In this document: piece after piece, positions 48,641 to 59,177 of the stretch
Numbering within the stretch: the stretch's first letter is position 1
Layout: every line of letters begins with the position of its first letter
NCBI GenBank assembly: GCA_029560465.1
Contig: JAKQKX010000065.1
Coordinates: 5,148 to 69,147 of the forward strand
Direction: 5' to 3'
DNA from: Candidatus Omnitrophota bacterium
GTDB lineage: Bacteria > Omnitrophota > Gorgyraeia > Zapsychrales > JANLHA01
Length of the DNA: 64,000 nucleotides
Made by a program: the position numbers and the translations under genes
The notes under the pieces: model-generated
What the model saw: only the letters and a program-made list of their open reading frames with translations
Database searches by the model: none
What the model was told of the DNA's origin: nothing

Positions 48641-50275
48641 TTACTTAAACTGAATTATTTCGCTGTTTAGAGGCTTTGTGTTCATTAAATTTTCGACACG
48701 GTATTTCGTGCTTTCGAGAATCGGAAGGGCTGCTTTGCTGTCGATCATGCCCGGAGGGGTAACAGAATCACGGTTGGCGGGAGCAGGGACTTCTGGGACA
48801 TTCTTGTCTTCTGAAACAGAATCAGCAGGGAAATCAAACGTGTTTTGATCAAAAAGGCTTTCCAACCCGCGGAGCTGTTGTTCAATTTCAAAAATATACA
48901 TATCCCTTTTCTTCAACAGTTCACAGGTATCGTCCAGCCGGCCTTTATATATTTCCAGAATCCCCTTCACCTGAACTAACTCCTGCTCTTTCTTAAAATG
49001 GCTTTGCCGGTAAGAAATAACCTTGCGGTCCAGTAATCCGACGAGCTGATTAAGTTCGGAGATATGGGATTCTTTTTCCTTCACAACATCCTCAAGAGTC
49101 TGATATTTCGCGCTTAAAGCGCCCAATTTCTCCTCAAAAGCCGTCACAGGGCCACCCGTCCCGAGGGGAAAAAGGACCGGCCCAGCCTGATCAGAAACTG
49201 GGGCCTCGAAGCCCCCCCCCGTGGCCAGATGAACCGCCTCTCTGGTTTTTAAACGCTCCTCCAGTTGCCGGAGTTGCGACTGGAACTCCGCAATCCGTTC
49301 GTCCTTCTCTCCAATAATGCCCTGAACAAGCTGTAACTGGGCCTGGGACTCTCTCAGCTGTTCGCTTAACTGCCGGATCATGGCATCCTTGTCCTCAAGC
49401 ATCTTCTGTTTATCAAATCCGTCCAGAGACATTCCGGCAAGTTCTTTGGTTAACTCCGCCAATTTTCTATCCGTGTCAGTCATTTTTCGCTGAAGATCGG
49501 AGAACTCCAGTCGAACCTCTTGCAAGTCACCGCGCAACGATTGGATTTGCTTGTTCTGCATCTCAATCTGGGCTTCTTTCTCCGCCAGTTGCTTGTGCAA
49601 CCCCTCCGAACTCTGGTCTGTTTTTTCTGGGAGTGGTAGCCGTTGCCTTGCAATTTCCTTGTCAACCAACGCCTGTTTGAGGGAACGCAGCTGGCTGTTG
49701 ATCCGCTGTTTCGTTTCGAGCGTCTCCATAGACTGTTCTTTCTGATCCAACATCAGCTTAACCGCAAGGCTTAAGGTTTCAACATCATGGGCGTCTCGGA
49801 TCTGCTCTAATTTTGTGGCTAACGCCTGGATATCCCGTTTGGGTTTGACCATCGAGGCCAAGGCCTCAAAATTTTCCTGGTTTTTATCCGTCACAAGGTT
49901 GTTTTTTTTAATAAACGCGAAAAGCCGTTCATTCGATTCATCCAGGTACGCAATCCGGGAATTCAGGAAATCCGTTTGATCCGCCAGGTCCAGGAATTTT
50001 TTGAGTTTATATTGCTCATACTTATCCTTTAAAACGGCCTCCATGTCTGGCCGAGACAAATAGTCCCTGGCTTTGGGATGTGCCGGGTTAAGAAGGGTCA
50101 CAATCAGGAACTGATTCATGGCCAAAAGATAATCCTCTTTCTCAAGCAACCGTTCGCCCTTGGCCAGATAAAAATCAACAAGGGAATATTTTTCTTGAGC
50201 AAAAATTCTTTCGGGGAAAGTCAGTCCCGCAGCAATCATGGAAAACGATAAGATAAATATAAGGAATTTACGCAT
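48641..50275 (-). CDS. exported TPR + long coiled-coil protein
   Basis: Signal peptide, TPR-like motif, ~300 aa of heptad-rich helix. Confidence 0.7.
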   Translation of the reverse strand: MRKFLIFILSFSMIAAGLTFPERIFAQEKYSLVDFYLAKGERLLEKEDYLLAMNQFLIVTLLNPAHPKARDYLSRPDMEAVLKDKYEQYKLKKFLDLADQTDFLNSRIAYLDESNERLFAFIKKNNLVTDKNQENFEALASMVKPKRDIQALATKLEQIRDAHDVETLSLAVKLMLDQKEQSMETLETKQRINSQLRSLKQALVDKEIARQRLPLPEKTDQSSEGLHKQLAEKEAQIEMQNKQIQSLRGDLQEVRLEFSDLQRKMTDTDRKLAELTKELAGMSLDGFDKQKMLEDKDAMIRQLSEQLRESQAQLQLVQGIIGEKDERIAEFQSQLRQLEERLKTREAVHLATGGGFEAPVSDQAGPVLFPLGTGGPVTAFEEKLGALSAKYQTLEDVVKEKESHISELNQLVGLLDRKVISYRQSHFKKEQELVQVKGILEIYKGRLDDTCELLKKRDMYIFEIEQQLRGLESLFDQNTFDFPADSVSEDKNVPEVPAPANRDSVTPPGMIDSKAALPILESTKYRVENLMNTKPLNSEIIQFK

Positions 50276-50372
50276 TGTCCGCCTATTTCTTGGAATGAAA
50301 GTGTGGGGAGATTATAGCATTAAAAAGGGGCGTGTTCAAGCACCAGAATTTTTGTCCGTGAAATAAAACCGG

Positions 50373-51323
50373 CTATTTTCTTCTAGACAAAGGGCATACG
50401 AAAGGAGGCGGGCCCGGCTCTTTATCAATCACCTTGAACGACAATAGTTTAGACGCGGTAATCTCTTGTGAGCCCATATTCCAGACTCCGATAATCAGCA
50501 CTTCGTAAAGGCCGAGGCTGGCATCAGACTCAATACGCAGGGAATATTGACCACTCACATCCTTATCTTCCAGAGAATAAAACGGCGACAGGATAAGCAA
50601 TTTATCCGGCTTCTTGACGTCTTCCGCGAATTGAATTTTCAAAGGAACGGTTTGTCCTCGGCGGACACGGGTGTTGTTTCTAGGGAACAGAATATCAATA
50701 TCCGTATCTTGGGGAATCTTATTTGGAGTTCCTCCTGGGACAAAACAAATCTCATCAATCGGGATCAAAAGTTCAAACGGGTAAAACAGTTCTTGGGGCG
50801 AAACCGAAACTTTTAATATCAAGTTATCCCGGATCTCATCAAAAGACTGGAAATACAGCGCCACGCTGTCCGGCCCTGGGATAGCATGCCGGGGTTCAGC
50901 CGGGGGCCGGGCGGCACCATCCCTCCCCCCCCGCTCTTCATTCAAGAATTTCATGGCCCGGCCCTGCGTGTCCCTCAACTCATATTGAAAGACCGTCTTG
51001 TCATCAAACGGCCAACTCTGCCCGTTTCTTAAAACCGCCATATTCAATGAAATAATATATCGCATTTCAGAAGACTGCGGGATGTCTTGCGGGAGCGGGA
51101 AAATGTTCATCGCCAGGGCAGGCGGGGTTGGCATCTTAATAATTTCCGCGCGGCGGATAAAAAATTCTAAATTTTTTTCAGTATGCCGATCCGGGGGGAG
51201 TTCCGCACGAAGCGGAGCCGTCCCGACACCCATGCCCAGCCCAAAAAACATAGAAAGAAAAAATACCCAAATTATTTGTGATATTGTTTTCACGGGCAAC
51301 ATTATAACAAAAAAATGCCGCAA
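50373..51323 (-). CDS. exported hypothetical protein
   Basis: 316-aa ORF with hydrophobic N-terminus, same strand as neighbours. Confidence 0.6.
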   Translation of the reverse strand: MRHFFVIMLPVKTISQIIWVFFLSMFFGLGMGVGTAPLRAELPPDRHTEKNLEFFIRRAEIIKMPTPPALAMNIFPLPQDIPQSSEMRYIISLNMAVLRNGQSWPFDDKTVFQYELRDTQGRAMKFLNEERGGRDGAARPPAEPRHAIPGPDSVALYFQSFDEIRDNLILKVSVSPQELFYPFELLIPIDEICFVPGGTPNKIPQDTDIDILFPRNNTRVRRGQTVPLKIQFAEDVKKPDKLLILSPFYSLEDKDVSGQYSLRIESDASLGLYEVLIIGVWNMGSQEITASKLLSFKVIDKEPGPPPFVCPLSRRK

Positions 51324-51370
51324 CTAAATCTATTAAATGACTTTTTATCTAAATATATAGCACCCCAAAA

Positions 51371-51754
51371 TCAGAACCCGTCTTCTAAATTCTGTTCGAT
51401 GGCTGCGATTAACTCTTCGACGGATGAGGGTTTGGCTAGAAAAACGTGCCCCCCGACCAGGCCACAACCAGACGCCGTTTCCTCTTTTGTAATTGTGGCT
51501 GTCAGGAAAATAACAGGAATATCCCTGGAAAGAGGATGGTTCCGCAGCTGAAAGGCCACGTCCGGGCCTTCCCGGTACGGCATAATGACATCAAGAAGGA
51601 TGATATCCGGCTGGGTCCGTATAACCGTATCCATGGCGAATTCAGAATCGTTCTCGATAAAAACACGGTAACGCCCGGTCACCTCAAGATTGAGCTTGAC
51701 CATTTCTGTAAAACCACGCTCATCGTCAATAATCAGGATTTTGGCTTTTCTCAT
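51371..51754 (-). CDS. single-domain response regulator
   Basis: ILIIDDE, IILLDVIMP, FLTA, LAKP. Confidence 0.92.
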   Translation of the reverse strand: MRKAKILIIDDERGFTEMVKLNLEVTGRYRVFIENDSEFAMDTVIRTQPDIILLDVIMPYREGPDVAFQLRNHPLSRDIPVIFLTATITKEETASGCGLVGGHVFLAKPSSVEELIAAIEQNLEDGF

Positions 51755-51767
51755 ATCCCCGGCACCC

Positions 51768-52961
51768 TTATCTTTTAAAAATCAAGCGCGCCCGCACGCC
51801 CCCGTCTGCCATATTCGTGATGCTGATCAGCCCTTGGTGGTTATGCATGATCGTGCGGGCGATGGACAGGCCGAGCCCGACGCCCCCGGCAGCACGTTTT
51901 GTAGTAAAAAAAGGGTCGAATATCTTCGACAAATATTCCGCGCTGATCCCTTCCCCGGAATCAACGATATCGACAATCACCACGGGATCGCCGATGTTAA
52001 TCGAGCATGACGGCGGCCTGGCAAATCCGTCGTCATCGCTGGCAAAAAATTTCACCTGTGTGGAGATTTTCAAAGCCCCCCCGCGCGGCATGGCTTGGAT
52101 CGCGTTTAACGTCAGGTCCAGGATGACTTGTTCGATCCGGTTGCGGTCAATGTATATTTCGGGGACCGAGGGAGCGTATTTCTTCTGAATATCAATAGAA
52201 AATTTCTCGCACTGGTGGTGAATCAATGTCAGGGCATGGTCAATAACCGAATGAATATCCTCCGCCCGTTTCTGTAGCGACGAGAGGCTGGCAAAATCCA
52301 GAAGATCTTTAATAATCCTATTGGCCTTGACCGCCGCCTCCTGGATGGCATTCAATGTAACGTGGATCTGCTCGTCATCCGTGTCTTCAAACTTAGTGTA
52401 AAGGAATTCAATCCCGTATAAAATAGTGGCCAGGGGATTTTTAACTTCATGCGCGACCCCGCTGGCCAGGCCACCGATGACATTGATTTTTTCGGCCTGA
52501 ATCAGTTGAGCCTGCGTCTCCCGCAGATGGTTATAAGCCGCCTTCAGATCCTGCTCCGCCTTTTTGCGTTCAACCGCATAATAAAGCGCTTTGCTTAATC
52601 CGTAAGGCAGATATTTCCCTTTAATCAGATAATCCTGCGCGCCGCTGGTGATCGCCTTAAGCCCCATACTATCTTCATAGGCGCCTGTGTTAATAACGAT
52701 CGGCAAATGAGGGAACTGGTGATGGATCCGCCCCAGCGTATCAAGCCCCCGGCTATCCTGAAGATTCAAATCCAGGAGGACAACATCATAAGTATTATTT
52801 TCCAACCGTCGGCAAGCGTCCGCGAGGCAACTGCAGCAATCGAGGTCAAACGACCCGTAAGCCGTTTTCTCCAACATCCCTTTCAACATCCGGCTGTCCA
52901 CCTGATTGTTTTCAACAATCAGGACAAATAGCTTCCTTTTCATCTCAGGGCTTGTGGGCAT
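51768..52961 (-). CDS. REC-HisKA-HATPase hybrid kinase
   Basis: VLLDLNL; GVAHEVKNPL; DSGEGI, FDPFFTTK, GVGLGL. Confidence 0.93.
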   Translation of the reverse strand: MPTSPEMKRKLFVLIVENNQVDSRMLKGMLEKTAYGSFDLDCCSCLADACRRLENNTYDVVLLDLNLQDSRGLDTLGRIHHQFPHLPIVINTGAYEDSMGLKAITSGAQDYLIKGKYLPYGLSKALYYAVERKKAEQDLKAAYNHLRETQAQLIQAEKINVIGGLASGVAHEVKNPLATILYGIEFLYTKFEDTDDEQIHVTLNAIQEAAVKANRIIKDLLDFASLSSLQKRAEDIHSVIDHALTLIHHQCEKFSIDIQKKYAPSVPEIYIDRNRIEQVILDLTLNAIQAMPRGGALKISTQVKFFASDDDGFARPPSCSINIGDPVVIVDIVDSGEGISAEYLSKIFDPFFTTKRAAGGVGLGLSIARTIMHNHQGLISITNMADGGVRARLIFKR

Positions 52962-53028
52962 GTGTCTCTCTCCCCCCTTAAGAAAAAGAATATCCGAAGC
53001 TCGGCTTTCAGGCGTGATGGGAAACGAA

Positions 53029-54204
53029 TTACCGGGGGCCGAGCAGATTGCGGGAAAATACCGCGGGCATATGTTGTTTGATCCAGTCGACTTTTTGGTC
53101 GTCAGTCGCCAAAGTCAAATATTTGGAAAAATATGTGACGGCCGAATCATAATCCCCTAAAGACTGGATCGAGCGCCCAGCGAAAAAATAAGCATTAGCC
53201 TTATCCGGCTGCAAATCAATTACCCGCCGGAAATGGTCATATGCCTTGCGATAATCGGCCATACTGAAGTAGAGGTTCCCCAGCTTGTAATGCACTTCGA
53301 TATCGCGGCCGTGGGACAAAAGCGCCTTCTCAAAAAAGTCCGCCGCCAAAGGCGCGTTCCCCTCTTTCTCGGCCTGGTGTCCTTTTGCGAGCCATAGATA
53401 GAACTGCGCTTGGCCCCTGTTCCCGCTCAGTTGCAGAGCCCGCGACAACGATCTGACGGATGCGTGGTAGTCCCCCATCCTCAGATAAGCCAAACCGAGA
53501 TATTCATTCAACTCGTAAGAGCTGTCTTCCAGTTCCAGCGCCTGCCGGCAATAATGAACCGTTTTATCATACTGCTGATATTTGTTCAGGTGGATCCAGG
53601 CCAACCGTTTCAAAATTTTCTGGCGCAATTCCTGTCCCGGGTTCATATCCAACGCAATCAAGAAATATTCCACCGCTTTTTGCGGTTCATCCTGATCCAA
53701 AACAAAGGAACCGGCGTAAAAGAATGTCTTCGGGTCTTCCGGATACAGTGTTAAATAAATCTGGGCCTCTTTTTTATTCAGGTAATAATTTTCGAATATT
53801 TTTTCGATTCCCGAATAATGATCGTGGACGGCGCGGATCGTCGGGCCTAATTCCAGGGCTTTAACAGCGTTAGGCAAGGCTTGTTCGTGCACCAGTTTCA
53901 TATTGTAATGGTTGTCGAATAAAGCCGCCTCCATCAAGAGGGACTGACTCATCCCCAAGTAGCCAAAAGCCGATTCGGGATAGCGTACGATTAACTGCTG
54001 AAAAATTTTCTGGGCTTCGAGGATGTCCTGCCTGTCCCCGCGGAATGACGTCAGGAACTCTGTTCCTCTTTCATAATAGTCTAAAGGATGCGGGGTGGTG
54101 GTGGCGCCGGCGCCCCCCCCAAAAACGGTAAGGAGAATTAGCAAACTTGCGCCTAAATTGATGCCCCTGGTTTTATATTTCATACTCCAGATGTTCCTTA
54201 TCAT
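53029..54204 (-). CDS. exported tetratricopeptide-repeat protein
   Basis: Multiple TPR motifs (HYKLGNLYFSMADYRKAYDHFRRVIDLQP). Confidence 0.88.
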   Translation of the reverse strand: MIRNIWSMKYKTRGINLGASLLILLTVFGGGAGATTTPHPLDYYERGTEFLTSFRGDRQDILEAQKIFQQLIVRYPESAFGYLGMSQSLLMEAALFDNHYNMKLVHEQALPNAVKALELGPTIRAVHDHYSGIEKIFENYYLNKKEAQIYLTLYPEDPKTFFYAGSFVLDQDEPQKAVEYFLIALDMNPGQELRQKILKRLAWIHLNKYQQYDKTVHYCRQALELEDSSYELNEYLGLAYLRMGDYHASVRSLSRALQLSGNRGQAQFYLWLAKGHQAEKEGNAPLAADFFEKALLSHGRDIEVHYKLGNLYFSMADYRKAYDHFRRVIDLQPDKANAYFFAGRSIQSLGDYDSAVTYFSKYLTLATDDQKVDWIKQHMPAVFSRNLLGPR

Positions 54205-54425
54205 TACATTTTATAAACTGCTATCAAAAAATAACTTCAATACTAGGGAAGCGTTTCCTCCCGTCCATGACCTATCACAGGGAAAGTGTAACATATTCCA
54301 AAGCCAAAACAAGAGCCTCTAATATTATTTATTATTATAGAAGGTCTGTGGAAGGGAGCTGAAATATACCGCATCCATCCCACCCCTCAAGTCCATCATT
54401 ATATATGGCAGGGGGGCTCTACGCT

Positions 54426-54917
54426 TCACGTGTCAACAGAAGGATTAGGATAGGCCGGGGCCGAGGAAAAATAGGATTTGACATGCGGCTTACAAAAATA
54501 GCTGATCAGCAATAACCAAATCACCAGGGGCTGCAGAAACGCCTGCAGGAAATAAGTTGGCTGCTCCCTCACAACATCAAAAACACTGGGATTCAAAAGC
54601 ATGGATTGCGCCAGGAGAAAACGGTATTTCCAATTCAAGAACAGGGACAAACCAGCCAGAGGGACGACGGTCATGGTGACCCGTCTGGCCCAAGGCCTCG
54701 CCATGTAAAGGCTGACGCCCGCCGAGTAAAACAAAAGCGGCATAATCCCGTACAGGATAAACCCGAGGAAAGCCAATGGGGTTGTGATCAGGAGGGAACT
54801 CAACCCGTGCACACGGACTGAATCCAGGATAAAAATAAAAATAATGATTGTTGAAAACCCGCCAACCACAATCATTAAACTGCTGACAAACGTAACCCCC
54901 CAAGGACGTTTTTGCAT
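54426..54917 (-). CDS. membrane hypothetical protein (~4 TM)
   Basis: KRPWGVT N-terminus, ARPWAR, VKSYF C-terminus. Confidence 0.7.
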   Translation of the reverse strand: MQKRPWGVTFVSSLMIVVGGFSTIIIFIFILDSVRVHGLSSLLITTPLAFLGFILYGIMPLLFYSAGVSLYMARPWARRVTMTVVPLAGLSLFLNWKYRFLLAQSMLLNPSVFDVVREQPTYFLQAFLQPLVIWLLLISYFCKPHVKSYFSSAPAYPNPSVDT

Positions 54918-54991
54918 GGCAAATACCGGATAAAACCGACTTCGGGAGATGTCCTCAACGTTCTTCCCCCCCCAAGAACGCCGGCTCTCAA

Positions 54992-55783
54992 TCATTGAAA
55001 ATGGAAGACAAGACCTACAACGGTCGTCCAAAGCCTTTGTTTGTCCACCAAAGGGCTCTTCTCAATCTTAGAGCCCAATTCCTCAAACTGGACATCGGTG
55101 ACAAGAACCCAGGAGGCTCTTACGGGAAGAGCCATCTGGATTCCCGCCGTGAAATTAACAGCCGGGCCGCCTTCATAGGCTGGACGGCCAGGCCTCGATT
55201 CCTCCCCTCGAACCCCATAATAATAATCAACAATATCCTCATTGAGCCAGCTCACCCCAACCCGCGGGGTGAGGAAGCCTTGATAAAATTGATGGGACAC
55301 CAAGACCTTCATTTCCTGCCCCTGGTGATTATTAAAAAGGTCTGAAACGCCAACCAACTCCAGGCTAAAAAAGCGGTGACTCCAAAGGCAGCGGATCCCT
55401 CCGTCGATGCCGCTGTCACGGTCATCCATCCCGTCTAAAAACGGGCTATCATCATGATCGTAACCGTTAAAGCGGGGAACCCCGACCAAGGACAAGTCCC
55501 CGGATGGAAAACGTTTCAGGACGTAGCCGAGTTTGCGACCATCCATAAAAAAATTCTTATACCGACCCACGATAAGCGGAACCGGACACACATCATGATC
55601 CTTGTCAATATACGGGGATTCCGCATACCGTACTCCCAGCCCCGTGACCGTAATGTCTAGGTCTTCTTCATGGGCATCCGTAAAATCTTTGAAGCGGGCA
55701 TGCAGCGAAGTTCCAGCGCAGGGAGAAACCAGCAGGGAAAAAAATGACAAAACCATAAAACAAATAATAATGGGAATTTTCAT
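54992..55783 (-). CDS. MipA/OmpV family outer-membrane protein
   Basis: SPYID, LDGMDDRD, DYYYGV, IEKSPLVD. Confidence 0.88.
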   Translation of the reverse strand: MKIPIIICFMVLSFFSLLVSPCAGTSLHARFKDFTDAHEEDLDITVTGLGVRYAESPYIDKDHDVCPVPLIVGRYKNFFMDGRKLGYVLKRFPSGDLSLVGVPRFNGYDHDDSPFLDGMDDRDSGIDGGIRCLWSHRFFSLELVGVSDLFNNHQGQEMKVLVSHQFYQGFLTPRVGVSWLNEDIVDYYYGVRGEESRPGRPAYEGGPAVNFTAGIQMALPVRASWVLVTDVQFEELGSKIEKSPLVDKQRLWTTVVGLVFHFQ

Positions 55784-55807
55784 GATAACGATTGAAGAAT
55801 ATTATTG

Positions 55808-56773
55808 CTAGTCGACCGACAGGACGATTTTACCGAAAGCCCCGGGCTGCATAACGGCGTCATGCGCCAGGGAGGCATCCTTAAGTTTAAATTCCCGACC
55901 GACCACCGGGCTTAAACTGCCGTTTTGAAAATACGGATCCAAAGCCTGAAACACTTTCTGGCGCTCTTCGGCAGGAAGGTTCAAGAGAGACATACCGCAG
56001 ATAGTGGCGTCCCGGGACATCGCATCTCGGGGATTAATCGTAACTTCCCCGCGGCACCCCACGATCACGACACGGCTGTTTTGGTCCAACATCTGAAGGT
56101 CAGCCGCCAAATTCTTATTAGCCAGCATTTCAACAATAATTTGCACCCCGCGGCCACGGGTAAAATCAAGGACCTCATGGCAATAATGTTCAGTGGTGTG
56201 GTTCAAAACCAGGTCCGCGCCAAGATCCCGGAGCAAAGAAAGCCCTTTTTCACTGCCAGCGGTCGCGATCACAGCCAACCCCAGGCATTTTGCCAATTGC
56301 ACTACGGCTGTGCCAACGCCACCGCTGCCGCCGTGCACCATAACCGTTTCTTTATCAACAGCCTGGGCTTTTGTAAATAACGCGCGGTACGCTGTGGCGA
56401 AAGGGACTCCAATCGCAGCGCCCTGCGCAAAAGAAAAAGCTTCCGGGAGGAAAACCGCTTCATGAACCGAGCACACGGCCTCATCGGCGTAAGTCCCCAA
56501 ATGTGTTCCGCTGATATACACCTTATCCCCAGGGGCAAAACGGGTCACCCCTTCACCTGTTTCTTCGACAACGCCGGAGGCATCCATCCCCGGAGTAAAA
56601 GGCAATGTGATATCAAGAGGGTACAGGCCTTTGCGGATATACGTATCAACAGGGTTGACCCCCGCAGCCTTTATCCGGACAAGAATCTGGCCGGCCTGTG
56701 GCCGCCGGGACTCGACAGTTTCCAAACACATAACATCACTCTCACCAAAATTATGGATACGAATGGCTCGCAT
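55808..56773 (-). CDS. NADPH:quinone reductase (zeta-crystallin/MDR family)
   Basis: AAGVNPVDTYIRKG, PFTPGMD, VHGGSGGVG. Confidence 0.93.
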   Translation of the reverse strand: MRAIRIHNFGESDVMCLETVESRRPQAGQILVRIKAAGVNPVDTYIRKGLYPLDITLPFTPGMDASGVVEETGEGVTRFAPGDKVYISGTHLGTYADEAVCSVHEAVFLPEAFSFAQGAAIGVPFATAYRALFTKAQAVDKETVMVHGGSGGVGTAVVQLAKCLGLAVIATAGSEKGLSLLRDLGADLVLNHTTEHYCHEVLDFTRGRGVQIIVEMLANKNLAADLQMLDQNSRVVIVGCRGEVTINPRDAMSRDATICGMSLLNLPAEERQKVFQALDPYFQNGSLSPVVGREFKLKDASLAHDAVMQPGAFGKIVLSVD

Positions 56774-56995
56774 AACATCCTTTCATAAAAAAGCCGCAGG
56801 GTCTGCCGCAGCTAGGTTGATCCCATCCCATTTATGACATGTTCTCATGGCTATCCCCCTGCATCCTTTCCCCTTCCCCCTATGACGTGGGGACGGTTTA
56901 TCCTCTCCTCGAATATTACAAAATAAATATTCCGTTGTCAAACACTAGGTCAAAAACTTCATCGCTTGGTAAGAAGGGGCCCACTGTTATTAAAA

Positions 56996-57034
56996 CAAAA
57001 AAATGAGGCCAGTGATCCCCAGCCTCATTTTTTG
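56996..57034 (-). terminator. intrinsic terminator after csp
   Basis: AAAAAATGAGGC...GCCTCATTTTTT inverted repeat with T-tract. Confidence 0.75.
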
Positions 57035-57051
57035 TCGGATTATTATATCTA

Positions 57052-57252
57052 TTAAAACTTTACGACATTTTGAGCATGTTCTCCTTTAGGACCATTCTCA
57101 ACTTCAAATTCAACATCCTGGCCTTCCTCTAGGGTCTTATAACCATCTCCTTGGATGGCAGAATGATGGACAAAAACATCCTCTCCCCCATCCCTTGAGA
57201 TAAAACCGTACCCTTTTGTGTTATTAAACCATTTGACTTTACCTTTTGCCAT
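57052..57252 (-). CDS. cold-shock protein (CspA family)
   Basis: [22 protein letters not shown]. Confidence 0.97.
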   Translation of the reverse strand: MAKGKVKWFNNTKGYGFISRDGGEDVFVHHSAIQGDGYKTLEEGQDVEFEVENGPKGEHAQNVVKF

Positions 57253-57414
57253 TACTTACCCTCCTTTCTTAATTTCATGCAAGCAAATAATGGCAGAAAC
57301 CGGTACCTTTCGTACTCCTTAATTTAGGCACATTGATGAAACGACCTCAAAAAACGAAACCTAGAAGGACACCCAAAAAGTAACCACGTTCACACGATTA
57401 TTCACTTCAAAATT

Positions 57415-57443
57415 AGTATGCCTGATTTGTCAAATATTGTCAA
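57415..57443 (-). promoter_or_regulatory. sigma70 promoter of csp (implies ~155-nt 5'UTR)
   Basis: TTGACA-N17-CATACT. Confidence 0.6.
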
Positions 57444-57482
57444 ATGACCCGTAAAAAAAACACAGAAGATGGGAATCTGAAA

Positions 57483-57797
57483 TCAAGCCCCCTTATCCGC
57501 CAACAACTGCGTCAATTTTTTCTCATAACGCTCAAAACATATCTTCAGGATATCCTCCATCGAGGCCTCATATTCAACAAGCAATTCCAGGCAAAGAACA
57601 ATCAAATCTCCGGTTTCCACCAAAAAATGGCGGTCTTGCTCTTCCCAAAGACTCTGAATCTCAGCGGTATGGCTAGCCATAAGCTCCAACAGCCTCCGGC
57701 TGTGGTCATTGCGGATTTTCTGGTTATACGTCTTCGATAAACCGTGAATATCCCGGATTCGTTGTTCCGTATAACAGGTCAACGCACGCTCACGCAT
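57483..57797 (-). CDS. hypothetical helical protein, weakly MazG-like
   Basis: AAGGAGG RBS; VETGDLIV resembles the ExxD motif. Confidence 0.55.
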   Translation of the reverse strand: MRERALTCYTEQRIRDIHGLSKTYNQKIRNDHSRRLLELMASHTAEIQSLWEEQDRHFLVETGDLIVLCLELLVEYEASMEDILKICFERYEKKLTQLLADKGA

Positions 57798-57819
57798 ATC
57801 CTTCGCCTCCTTAAAAATA

Positions 57820-58179
57820 TTAAAACTGACCACTTTTCAATAACAGGAGCGTGCAGGCGCGCTGCGTGACAATCCCATGCGCTTTCGCCTCGCACTCCAG
57901 AGCCTCATTTTCAGCCCCGGGATTAAAAATAATCCTTTGGGGATGGCTGTCCAAGATATCAGCCTGGATGCCGGAAGAAACATCGGCGTTAACATACAGC
58001 GTAATCGTGTCCAAAGGGCCGGGAACCGCAGCGAGATTCGGATAAACCGTAAGCCCCAGTACTGTCTTAAGCCTTGGACGCACCGGGTAAACGGTATGCC
58101 CATATTTTAACAGCAACTCAACCGCTTTGTAAGAATACCGGTCCTTTTTATCAGACGCTCCCAAAACCGCAACGCGCAT
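57820..58179 (-). CDS. CoA-binding domain protein
   Basis: VAVLGAS, VYPV, IIFNPGAEN, ACTL. Confidence 0.9.
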   Translation of the reverse strand: MRVAVLGASDKKDRYSYKAVELLLKYGHTVYPVRPRLKTVLGLTVYPNLAAVPGPLDTITLYVNADVSSGIQADILDSHPQRIIFNPGAENEALECEAKAHGIVTQRACTLLLLKSGQF

Positions 58180-58183
58180 ACGC

Positions 58184-59032
58184 TCACTCCTTCCAGGATT
58201 TAAGCCCGTTTAAGAAATCATTCAATTGCTGGACAAACGTACGGTCAGAAAACCAGCCGATGTACGCGTTCGCCCCGGACAAAAGACAGGCTTCATGCCC
58301 GGCATCGATCATCTCCGTCCTCTGCCGGATATCTTCGCTGCCAAGGTTTTCGACCCGGTAATAACTGAACACAACCACCGGGGTCCTTTGGAAGTCCGGC
58401 AGAAGGCGCAGGGCCTTGATATATTCCGCCGGCGCACCCAGTCCCGGCAAAAGGACATCCATGACGATCAGATGCGGTTGAAAAACCAGCGCCCGAGTTA
58501 ATATATCTTGTCCTTTCCGAACCACCACCACTTCGCAGGATTCCTGCCTAAGGAGCCCGGCCATGAGCTCGGCATTATCACGCTCATGCCCTCCCAGCAA
58601 AACTCTCCGGCGGTAAAGGCAGGACTGGCGTTGCTTCGCGATCAGATCCAGGGCGTTCCCCGGGCTGCGGGTGCGGGAGAGCGCACTGGATAAAAGCGAT
58701 AGCAAAAAATATTCATCAATCGGTTTATAAATAATATGATCAACGCCCAAGACTTTAAAGCCCTCTTCCCTCTGACGGCGGCTCAACAACAGGACGATTG
58801 GAACCACAGCGAGTTTTTTTATGCCCTTGATGCGTTTGCACAACTCAAAGGCATTTCCCCCCGACCATTCTTCATCAATAAGAAAGAGATCAGCCGGTTG
58901 CCCGCTGATATACTCAAACCCGGCTTCGCCGGAAGGCGCGAGCAGTAATCGGTAGCCGGCCTGTTCCAACAAAAGGCCCAGCCGCTGAAGACAAGCCTGG
59001 TCATGGCTGGCCGCAAGAATACAAGGTATCAT
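58184..59032 (-). CDS. tandem atypical receiver-domain protein
   Basis: Two REC-like folds (LFLIDEE..IYKPI; LIVMDVLLP) lacking the N-terminal acidic pair. Confidence 0.75.
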   Translation of the reverse strand: MIPCILAASHDQACLQRLGLLLEQAGYRLLLAPSGEAGFEYISGQPADLFLIDEEWSGGNAFELCKRIKGIKKLAVVPIVLLLSRRQREEGFKVLGVDHIIYKPIDEYFLLSLLSSALSRTRSPGNALDLIAKQRQSCLYRRRVLLGGHERDNAELMAGLLRQESCEVVVVRKGQDILTRALVFQPHLIVMDVLLPGLGAPAEYIKALRLLPDFQRTPVVVFSYYRVENLGSEDIRQRTEMIDAGHEACLLSGANAYIGWFSDRTFVQQLNDFLNGLKSWKE

Positions 59033-59114
59033 GGAAATCCCTCCTCAAGGGGGCCGCCGCCACAATTTCATCTACGGACCACAAAGAGCGCGGTTACTCA
59101 AGACAGCTCACAAC

Positions 59115-59144
59115 AAAAAAAGTCCTGGCTACAAGCCAGGACTT
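59115..59144 (-). terminator. intrinsic terminator
   Basis: AGTCCTGGCT-ACA-AGCCAGGACT with A7 on the plus strand (U-tract on minus). Confidence 0.75.
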
Positions 59145-59177
59145 CAATGGTCGTCATTCCCGTTTTAAAAAAAGCAG

